DNA from: an uncultured Oscillospiraceae bacterium
GTDB lineage: Bacteria; Bacillota; Clostridia; Oscillospirales; Oscillospiraceae
DNA: 36,919 nt
Reading direction: 5' to 3'
NCBI GenBank assembly: GCA_964418735.1
Contig: CAYQMY010000001.1
Location: 1-36,919, forward strand
Shown here: positions 8,254 through 15,766 of the stretch, one piece after another
Numbering within the stretch: position 1 is the first letter of the stretch
Layout of the letters: each line of letters starts with the position of its first letter
Notes under the pieces: generated by a model
The model's database searches: none
What the model was told of the DNA's origin: nothing
Seen by the model: the letters and a program-made list of their open reading frames with translations, nothing else
Program-made: the position numbers and the translations under genes

Positions 8254-9762
8254 ATGTCTGATAAGGTATATATTGAATCGCAAAACACACTGCCTGTTTA
8301 CGACGAGTGCGACATTCTTGTCGTAGGCGGCGGCTCGGCAGGACATTCGGCGGCAATAGCAGCAGCGCGCGCGGGCTCGAAGAACATCATTCTAATGGAG
8401 CGTTACGGCTACATGGGCGGCGATGTTACGGGCGGCTACGTCATCATGGTGCCGAAGCTCTCATGGTATGGCAAGTCCTTCGTGCGCGGCATTCAGGAGG
8501 AATGGTTCACAAGAATGAATCCTATACCAAACGCTGTTCTGGGACCCGACCTCAGCAAAATCGGCAAGGACGACGACCAGGCGCTTATTGGTACATGGAC
8601 TCGTATCCATGGCTGCGTCAGTGAAAGCGAGCCTAAGCGGCTCGTGCGCGCTGTCTATTATGAGCCGAACCAGCTGAAAATCGAAATGGACAAAATGCTC
8701 CTTGAGCACAAGGATGCTATCCGCGTAATGTGCCACAGCTGGGGCACAAAGCCGATAATGGATGGAAACGAGGTCAAGGGCGTTATCTTTGAAAGCAAGG
8801 AAGGACGCAAGGCTATCTTGGCAAAGACTGTTATCGACGCCACCGGAGACGGCGACATTTTCAAACAGACAGGCGCTCCGTTCTCAACTCTTGCCGACGG
8901 GGAAACACGTTCAAGCACCACGGCTCTCGTATGGCGCATAGGCGGAGTAAACTATGATCTTTTCTATGAATGGCAGAAAGCAAATCCGAATGAATTTACT
9001 GGGCTGCGCCGAAGCTTACCCAAGATCGCGGGCTTCCAATGCGCTCCGCTCCCAAGCGCACAAAACGATATCTGCTGGGTAAACAACTGGCATCCGAATC
9101 GTGACTGCGCAACGATAAAGGACGCAACCGAAACTGAAATGAATACAAGAAATACCATGCGCGACGTGCTGGACTACCTCAAGGAGGTTTGCCCAGTAGC
9201 GTTCAGAAACTCATTCATATATGATATAGCGCCGCAGCTCGGCACACGCGGCAGTTGCCGCCTGAAGGGCGAATACGTTATTACATCAAACGATTTTGCA
9301 TTTGCGACAAAGCACGATGACGTTATCGCTTGGCACTCAACTATATGTATGATAAACGACTGCGCTCCCGTTGAAATTCCTTACCGCTCGCTGCTGCCTC
9401 AGAAGGTTGAAAACCTGCTTGCGGCGGGCCGCCATATCTCCGCTGACAATGTGGCTATTGACTGGGTTAACCTGATACCACAGTGCGTGGGCACCGGCCA
9501 GGCCGCCGGCATTGCTGCTGCAGTAGCCGCAAAGGACGGCGTAAACGTTCGCAATGTGGATATCCGCAAGGTGCAGAACATTCTAATAGATCAGGACGTT
9601 CCGCTGCCCCGAAACGACCGTGTCGACAAGTCCTACACCGAGGTTTGTGAGGCTTATGAATACGGGCTTTATACCGAGCTTGCAAGAAAAGCAAAGGCCG
9701 ATGCCGAGGGACTTAGAGAATATCGCCAATCCAGCATTCCGACTGTTCCCAGTAATCATTAA
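8254..9762 (+). CDS. FAD-dependent oxidoreductase (FAD_oxidored/PF12831-like), substrate unknown
   Basis: It has the N-terminal dinucleotide fold DILVVGGGSAGHSAAIAAARAG ... ERYGYMGG. TAGGAGAAAG precedes the ATG. Confidence 0.75.
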   Translation: MSDKVYIESQNTLPVYDECDILVVGGGSAGHSAAIAAARAGSKNIILMERYGYMGGDVTGGYVIMVPKLSWYGKSFVRGIQEEWFTRMNPIPNAVLGPDLSKIGKDDDQALIGTWTRIHGCVSESEPKRLVRAVYYEPNQLKIEMDKMLLEHKDAIRVMCHSWGTKPIMDGNEVKGVIFESKEGRKAILAKTVIDATGDGDIFKQTGAPFSTLADGETRSSTTALVWRIGGVNYDLFYEWQKANPNEFTGLRRSLPKIAGFQCAPLPSAQNDICWVNNWHPNRDCATIKDATETEMNTRNTMRDVLDYLKEVCPVAFRNSFIYDIAPQLGTRGSCRLKGEYVITSNDFAFATKHDDVIAWHSTICMINDCAPVEIPYRSLLPQKVENLLAAGRHISADNVAIDWVNLIPQCVGTGQAAGIAAAVAAKDGVNVRNVDIRKVQNILIDQDVPLPRNDRVDKSYTEVCEAYEYGLYTELARKAKADAEGLREYRQSSIPTVPSNH

Positions 9763-9805
9763 CAAATTATTTTGGAACGGGCAATATAGAAAGGAATAGT
9801 AGTAT

Positions 9806-10300
9806 ATGGATTTTGTTATGAACACAGAGGGCGAATACGGCAAGTACATGGTTCAGGAGTTAAAAGCGCCGAAGTTTTCGCCCGGGTTTGAAGAATTCTA
9901 TAATACCTTCGCGAAGAGGGTTCTGTGGGTTGACAGCAATGTTGTTCCGGGCGCATTTCAATTCAGCTCCTCTTGGTATATGAAGGCATCGGATGTACGC
10001 CCCCTGATAAAGCATGACGAGCATTTACATGATGTTGACGAGCTTATCGGCTTTTACGGCTCAAATCCGGAAGATCCGAACGATCTCGGCGGCACAATAG
10101 AGATAGGCATAGGCGGCGAGACGCACCGTATCACGAAAAGCACGCTGATTTTTCTCCCCGCCGGACTTAAGCATTTGCCGCTTTCTATTATAGAGCTACA
10201 TCGCCCCATCTTTCATTTCTCAGTTGTAATGTCCCCGGTTTACAGCACTACTCACACAAATACCGGTGAAACGAGTGTGCTGAACCAGCCACGCGATTAA
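9806..10300 (+). CDS. metal-site cupin-like protein, paralog A (unknown function)
   Basis: It has the HLHDVDE-LIGFYG motif (HxHxxxE cupin motif 1) and FLPAGLKHLP (motif 2 His). It is clearly homologous to the next ORF (GFYGS.P.DP.NLGG ... RPIFHFSVVM). Confidence 0.7.
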   Translation: MDFVMNTEGEYGKYMVQELKAPKFSPGFEEFYNTFAKRVLWVDSNVVPGAFQFSSSWYMKASDVRPLIKHDEHLHDVDELIGFYGSNPEDPNDLGGTIEIGIGGETHRITKSTLIFLPAGLKHLPLSIIELHRPIFHFSVVMSPVYSTTHTNTGETSVLNQPRD

Positions 10301-10499
10301 GAAATATTAACCAAAAGAACCGTTGATTAATTCGACAATCGGCGGATGAGCAGATTAATTTCCTCAATTTCGCAAAAAGCAATGCTGATACATACTGTAT
10401 TCCTGCGTTTTTTTGATCGAACTGATAAATTTCTCTGCATCATCCCTCAATGCGATTTAATCAGCGGTATTTTTATTTTTCGTGAAGGGAAAATTTGTT

Positions 10500-10976
10500 A
10501 TGCCAATCAATACTGACGGTAAGCATGGCAATCTTGTCATGCAGGATTTGATATTGCCCGTAACGCATACAACTCCCGCTGCTACGGAGGCCTATGCGCG
10601 TTTTGGTAAGCGCTTGCATTGGGTCGACGGCAATAATATGCCCGGCGCATTTCAAATGAACACCTCGTGGTGGTATAAGGCAAACCGAGAATCCGTACTA
10701 TCAAATACCGAAAGCCCTGTAGGAAGACCGCATACGCACAGCTATCCCGAAATACTGGGTTTTTACGGCAGCGACCCCGATGACCCGGATAATCTCGGAG
10801 GAGAGGTAGAGCTCTATTTAGACGGAGAAGTGCAAGTTATCACAAAAAGCAGCATGGTTTTTATTCCGCCGAATATGCCGCACTGCCCTTTACTAGTGAA
10901 CCGTGTTGACCGGCCAATATTTCATTTTTCAGTTGTGATGAACAATGAATATACCTTTAGCCGAGATAACGGGTGA
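10500..10976 (+). CDS. metal-site cupin-like protein, paralog B (unknown function)
   Basis: It has PHTHSYPE-ILGFYG (HxHxxxE) and FIPPNMPHCP. I prefer the ATG at 10500, about 9 nt after GAAGGGA, over the GTG at 10482. Confidence 0.7.
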   Translation: MPINTDGKHGNLVMQDLILPVTHTTPAATEAYARFGKRLHWVDGNNMPGAFQMNTSWWYKANRESVLSNTESPVGRPHTHSYPEILGFYGSDPDDPDNLGGEVELYLDGEVQVITKSSMVFIPPNMPHCPLLVNRVDRPIFHFSVVMNNEYTFSRDNG

Positions 10977-11027
10977 GCGCATTATTAAACAAATAGTATA
11001 TTGTCAAGTATAAGGAGAGTGATAGAA

Positions 11028-11636
11028 ATGAAGATAATCCGTGGCATATCCAGGTTTTTTACATGGCTTTGCATGGGCTTTATAGCGGCCCTCATGCTGC
11101 TTATGGTAGCGGAGGTTCTGGACCGAGCAATTTTTAACAGGTCAATTATGGGTTCTACCGAGTGGGCGCAGGTGCTGCTGCTTTGCAACATGACAGCACT
11201 GAGCTCCTCAATCCTCTGCAACCGTCAAATTAAAATTGACATGGTGACCTCCAGGCTCAGCCCCAAAGCACAGGTCATAATTGACACCGTAATGCTGACG
11301 CTGACCTTTGCTACCATAGCTTTCATTTCATGGCAGCAGCTCAGTTACACCATTGAGAGCTTTACGAACAAGATTTTCTATAATACCATAGGCCTTCCCC
11401 AGTGGCCGTTTATAGCTATGTTCACATTTGCTTATGCAGTTGGTGCGCTGACCACCCTTTCTCTTGTCGTAAGGAAAATAGCTTCTATGGCTAGCGGCAA
11501 TTGGGAGCTTGAGGCGAAGCTTGAAGACATGGACGAGATATTTGTATTCGGCAGTAAAAAAAATGCTGAAATGCAGGGCGTCAATAGAGATAATGCCTCC
11601 GACGGTTCGGAAGGCGGAAAGGGGGACGAAAAATGA
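11028..11636 (+). CDS. dctQ: TRAP transporter small permease (DctQ-type) with a hydrophilic acidic C-terminal tail
   Basis: The product has four hydrophobic segments and sits directly before and overlapping (ATGA at 11633) a DctM-type large permease. The ATG at 11028 lies 8 nt after AAGGAGAG. Confidence 0.75.
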   Translation: MKIIRGISRFFTWLCMGFIAALMLLMVAEVLDRAIFNRSIMGSTEWAQVLLLCNMTALSSSILCNRQIKIDMVTSRLSPKAQVIIDTVMLTLTFATIAFISWQQLSYTIESFTNKIFYNTIGLPQWPFIAMFTFAYAVGALTTLSLVVRKIASMASGNWELEAKLEDMDEIFVFGSKKNAEMQGVNRDNASDGSEGGKGDEK

Positions 11637-12931
11637 GTCCGGAGCTTATCGGCCTTCTTGGCATTATTGCACTACTCGTTCTGATGGCACTGAAAATGTG
11701 GGTGGGTGCGGCCCTGACGCTTGTGAGCGTCATAGGTATAATCATCCTCAGAAATTTAGACGTAGCCATGGCTGTTTCAGGGGCGTCGGCGTTTACAAAC
11801 CTGAATACATATACCTTTACTGTTATCCCTATGTTTACCCTTATGGGCATGGTAATTGCTGAAAGTACTATGGGAAAGGACCTTTACGCCGCGGCTTACG
11901 CATGGGTAGGGCGTTTCAGAGGTGGTCTTGCCTCGGCAACTATAGTGGCCTGCGGTGTATTGGGTGCTATATGCGGTTCGACACAGGTGGCCGTGCTCGT
12001 TATGTCCCGTGTTGCAATGCCCGAGATGAAAAAGAACAATTATGAAGAATCGTTGGCAGCCGGTTGCGTTGCCGCAGGAGCGCCGCTCAGCATACTGATA
12101 CCGCCCAGCATGGGGTTCATAATGTACGGCATACTAACGGAAAATTCAATTGGCAAGCTTTTTGCGTCGGGTATTGGTGTCGGCGTACTACAGATGCTCC
12201 TATATATCGTGGTTGTTGTGATCTTGTGCCGTCTAAAGCCGGAGCTTGGACCGCGCGGACCGAAGCTTGAGCTTAAGATAATGCTCAAAACGCTGCTCAA
12301 AATCCTGCCGGTGATGCTCCTCATGCTTCTCGTGCTTGGCGGAATATACTTAGGATTCTTCACCACTACCGAGGCGGGGGCTGTAGGTGCTCTTGGTGCA
12401 ATAGTAATCTCTTTTGCGTTCCGCCAGATAACCGTTAAAAAGTTTAAAAAGGCGCTTAAGGATACCGCTGTGCTCTGCGGAATGGTGTTCTTCCTCGTTG
12501 CCGCTACTTATTTGTTCGTCACCTTTATGAGCCTTAGCCGCGTTCCGATGCTGCTCGCGAAAGTAATTATCGGCATGGCGGTCCCCAAGTGGGTACTGGC
12601 CTGTGCGCTCATAGTTTTATACTTTATTCTTGGCATGTTCCTTCCGGAGGTGCCCATGGTGGCTCTTACCATTCCCGTGTTTTATTCGGCACTGGTTAAA
12701 GTGGGCTTCGACCCAATCTGGCTTGGCGCATTTGTAGTTAAGCTTATGGCTGTCGGCTCCATTTCGCCTCCGGTCGGAATGACTGTGTTCACGATGGCCG
12801 GGGTAAGCGGCATAAAGGTTGAGAAAATATTCAAGGGCGTTCTGCCGTTTCTTGCTGTCGACGTTATAATACTCGCGCTTATGATCATTTTCCCGCAAAT
12901 AGCGACTTTCATCCCCAGCCTGATGAAGTAA
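11633..12931 (+). CDS. dctM: TRAP transporter large permease (DctM-type)
   Basis: It is a 432-aa polytopic membrane protein with DctM-like segments (GGLASATIVACGVLGAICGS, PPSMGFIMYGILTE). It is flanked by Q- and P-type partners. Confidence 0.85.
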   Translation: MSPELIGLLGIIALLVLMALKMWVGAALTLVSVIGIIILRNLDVAMAVSGASAFTNLNTYTFTVIPMFTLMGMVIAESTMGKDLYAAAYAWVGRFRGGLASATIVACGVLGAICGSTQVAVLVMSRVAMPEMKKNNYEESLAAGCVAAGAPLSILIPPSMGFIMYGILTENSIGKLFASGIGVGVLQMLLYIVVVVILCRLKPELGPRGPKLELKIMLKTLLKILPVMLLMLLVLGGIYLGFFTTTEAGAVGALGAIVISFAFRQITVKKFKKALKDTAVLCGMVFFLVAATYLFVTFMSLSRVPMLLAKVIIGMAVPKWVLACALIVLYFILGMFLPEVPMVALTIPVFYSALVKVGFDPIWLGAFVVKLMAVGSISPPVGMTVFTMAGVSGIKVEKIFKGVLPFLAVDVIILALMIIFPQIATFIPSLMK

Positions 12932-12971
12932 CTATTGAAGAAATAGTATAAAAATTAAGGGAGGAAAAACA

Positions 12972-14105
12972 ATGAAAAAACTACTGTCAATTATTCTTAG
13001 CGCGGTCATGCTGCTCTCACTTTTCAGTGCCTGCGGCAGCAAGCCGGTCACAAGCGCGCCCCCGGCGCAGAGCCCGCAGGCAAGTGCACAGCCTTCCGGA
13101 GCACCCAAGGATCTCGTCTATAACGGTCCCAAGATGGAGCTTACAGTCAATTTCTCCTCAGCAGAACCCGTAGCAAAGATTTATACCGATACTTTAAAGA
13201 GAATAACCGAGCGTACTGGAGGAAAAGTAACATTTGTTAATTATTTCAGCAACTCGCTTCTCTCCCCTGCCGAGGCGCTTAAGGGCGTCGGAACAGGCGT
13301 TTGCGACATCTCCGACGTCACAATGGCGAACTTCCCTGAACAGTTCGTATACAGCCAGCAGGTAATGAGCTACCCCTTCCTTGGCTTTACCAGCATTGCA
13401 ATGGCCTCCGATATTATGAACAAAAACATCTACAATAATAAGCTTATGATGGATGAGTTCAAGGCCGCGAAAGTCTATCCCTTATTCTTTTTAGGAGTAT
13501 GGGGAACAGCGATGGTACTAAAGAATGACGTTAAGATAACCACTCCTGATTCAGTTAAAGGACTTAAGCTCATTACAGACAACCGCATACTCAGCAAGTT
13601 CCTTGCCGACAAGGGAGCAACCCCTGTTGCACAGCCTCCCACGGAGTTTTTCTCCAGCATGAGCAACGGCGTTGTTGACGGAGTCATAAACGGTCTTCAC
13701 GTTGTAAACATTTTTGGAGCGCTTTCAATTGCAAAGACGGTTTACATGTTTGAGAGAAGCTTCTCGACTGGCTGCCGCGCTATCTGCATCAATGACGCAA
13801 AATGGAACAGCTTTGACAGCACTTTAAAGCAAATATTCACAGAAGAGATGCTGGGCGACCAGCTTATTACCGAAGGTGCGGCATACTGGAAGGTGTCTGA
13901 CCAGAGCCATCTCGACGATGCAAAAAAATGGAACATTCCGGTGAATTACATTAAGGGCGCAGATATGGAGGCATGGGCCGATGCTCTCAAGCCCTACGGA
14001 GACGAGACTTTGAAGCAGCTTAAAGACAAGGGCTATAAAGAGGTTGACAGTGTCCTTGAATTCTGGAAAAAATCAATATCTGAATACAACGGTAAGTACA
14101 AATAA
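12972..14105 (+). CDS. dctP: TRAP transporter solute-binding protein (DctP-type), lipoprotein
   Basis: A signal peptide with lipobox LFSACGS is followed by a Pro/Ser/Ala-rich linker and a periplasmic-binding-protein-like body. It is the last gene of the Q-M-P triplet. The RBS is AAGGGAGGAAA. Confidence 0.75.
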   Translation: MKKLLSIILSAVMLLSLFSACGSKPVTSAPPAQSPQASAQPSGAPKDLVYNGPKMELTVNFSSAEPVAKIYTDTLKRITERTGGKVTFVNYFSNSLLSPAEALKGVGTGVCDISDVTMANFPEQFVYSQQVMSYPFLGFTSIAMASDIMNKNIYNNKLMMDEFKAAKVYPLFFLGVWGTAMVLKNDVKITTPDSVKGLKLITDNRILSKFLADKGATPVAQPPTEFFSSMSNGVVDGVINGLHVVNIFGALSIAKTVYMFERSFSTGCRAICINDAKWNSFDSTLKQIFTEEMLGDQLITEGAAYWKVSDQSHLDDAKKWNIPVNYIKGADMEAWADALKPYGDETLKQLKDKGYKEVDSVLEFWKKSISEYNGKYK

Positions 14106-14156
14106 ACCATATAATACATAAACCATAATTTATATACATTTGGTTTAACAAACGAA

Positions 14157-14190
14157 GCGGGCTGAAAAATACTTTTCAGCCCGCTTTGTA
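14157..14190. terminator. bidirectional rho-independent terminator between convergent dctP and metF
   Basis: gcgggctgaaaa (14157-14168) pairs with ttttcagcccgc (14173-14184). T-rich tracts follow on both strands. Confidence 0.8.
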
Positions 14191-14213
14191 TTTGTATTTG
14201 GTTTTTGCAGAGA

Positions 14214-15098
14214 TTACTTAAGTCCGGAGAGCTTGAGAATGTCGGGAATCTTGGACTCCCAGCCAAGAGCCATGATGTGTACGCCCTGGCAGTAGTCCTT
14301 ACACTCTTTGATCAGACGGGCTGAAATCTCAACACCGGTGATGCCGGCCTTGGTCTTTTCCTTGTCGGCCTTAAGCTCCTCGATCATCTCGTCGGGAACG
14401 CTGATTCCGGCGACATTGGCGTTCATGTATTTAACCATGCCGACGTTCTTCGGAATAACGATTCCAAGCTGTACAGGTACGCCGAACTGCTTGGCTCTCT
14501 CCATGAATTTTATGAACTTCTCGGGCTCGTAAACAGCCTGAGTCTGGAAGTATTCAGCGCCGGCCTTAACCTTTGCTTCCATCTTTGCAAGCTGTACGTC
14601 AACGGAGTCGCTGCAGGGGGACACGACAGCGCCCTTAGAAAACTTCGGGGGCTCGCCGTCAAGCGGATTTCCGGCCATGTCTTCTCCACCCTCCATCTTC
14701 CTGATCATGTGCAGGAGGGATACGGAGTCCAGATCGAAAACAGGCTTTGCCTGAGGATTGTCACCAAGAGTGGTGTGGTCGCCGGTAAGGCAGAGAATAT
14801 TGTCAATACCGAACATAGCCGCGCTCAAAATGTCAGACATAAGACCAATGCGGTTCCTGTCACGGCAGGTCATCTGGAAAATCGGGTTGAGACCCTTATC
14901 CTTCAGAGCCTTGCATGTTGCCAAGGAGCCGAGACGCATAACGGAAGACTGGTTATCCGTTACGTTGACCGCATGGACGTTGCCCTTCAAAAATTCATCT
15001 GCTTCGTGCAGCAAATGATCAATATTATAGCCCTTAGGGGGGCCTACTTCAGCCGTAACTACAAATTCGCCGCGCTGAAATAACTCGGATAGCATCAT
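14214..15098 (-). CDS. metF: methylenetetrahydrofolate reductase catalytic subunit
   Basis: It has a typical MTHFR N-terminus and core (FVVTAEVGPPKG, AVNVTDN, MTCRDRNR, ILCLTGDH). It is followed in the operon by metV. An AAGGAG RBS is present. Confidence 0.9.
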   Translation of the reverse strand: MMLSELFQRGEFVVTAEVGPPKGYNIDHLLHEADEFLKGNVHAVNVTDNQSSVMRLGSLATCKALKDKGLNPIFQMTCRDRNRIGLMSDILSAAMFGIDNILCLTGDHTTLGDNPQAKPVFDLDSVSLLHMIRKMEGGEDMAGNPLDGEPPKFSKGAVVSPCSDSVDVQLAKMEAKVKAGAEYFQTQAVYEPEKFIKFMERAKQFGVPVQLGIVIPKNVGMVKYMNANVAGISVPDEMIEELKADKEKTKAGITGVEISARLIKECKDYCQGVHIMALGWESKIPDILKLSGLK

Positions 15099-15135
15099 TT
15101 CTTATCGCTCCTTATAAAAATTATCATTAGCAAAA

Positions 15136-15765
15136 TTAGGCCTCGTCCTGAGACTCTTTGAAGGGCTTCGCGTAATCGCGCACTTTTGCCTCGTATTTAA
15201 GAGTGTCGAGCTTGCCGAGCTTTTCGAGCTTGCGGTAAATACGCTCCCAGCCGCACTCCATGTCTTTGTTAACTTCGCACTTGCCGTTTTTCGCTCCGCC
15301 GCACTGACCGTTCACGAGGCTCTTTGAGCAGGCTGTTATCGGGCAGATTCCGCCGGTGCTGTTAAGATAGCATTCGCCGCACTGGCCGCAGTCAAACTCT
15401 AGCGGAGTAACGCCCTGGAAGCCCGGAAGCGGGCAGGTGTCACAGCAGGCGACGACTCTTTTGTTCTCGAGAAATGCCGCGACGGTCTGTACGCCGACGC
15501 CGCAGGAAAATACCAGTACCGTGTCAGCAGCTTCGATCTTATCTGCGAACTTTTTGAGCTGGAAACGCAGATTATCGGGATTGCAGATATAGTCTCTGGT
15601 AATTATTTCGGTTACATTTCCGCCTGCGGAAAGCTCCTTTTGAAGCTCTTCGGCCTCATGCTCGGGGAAATATACTTCCTTACAGCCGTGGCAGTTTATG
15701 ATAACGGTTTTTCCCTTTGCCAGAGCTTCGATGGTTTCCTTTGATTTCAGTTGGGTAATGAGCAT
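15136..15765 (-). CDS. metV: MetV (MTHFR C-terminal-like Cys-rich subunit)
   Basis: It has the Cys-rich block CGQCGECYLNSTGGICPITACSKSLVNGQCGGAKNGKCEV characteristic of MetV. Its ATG lies 1 nt after the rnfC2 stop. Confidence 0.85.
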   Translation of the reverse strand: MLITQLKSKETIEALAKGKTVIINCHGCKEVYFPEHEAEELQKELSAGGNVTEIITRDYICNPDNLRFQLKKFADKIEAADTVLVFSCGVGVQTVAAFLENKRVVACCDTCPLPGFQGVTPLEFDCGQCGECYLNSTGGICPITACSKSLVNGQCGGAKNGKCEVNKDMECGWERIYRKLEKLGKLDTLKYEAKVRDYAKPFKESQDEA

Positions 15766-15766
15766 T

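Noticed and set aside
10301-10499. Possible gene remnant or small ORF in the 199-bp spacer between the cupin paralogs
   Set aside because: There is no open frame of meaningful length, no RBS-start pair and no similarity to either paralog visible by eye. I treat it as a non-coding spacer with a weak T-run.
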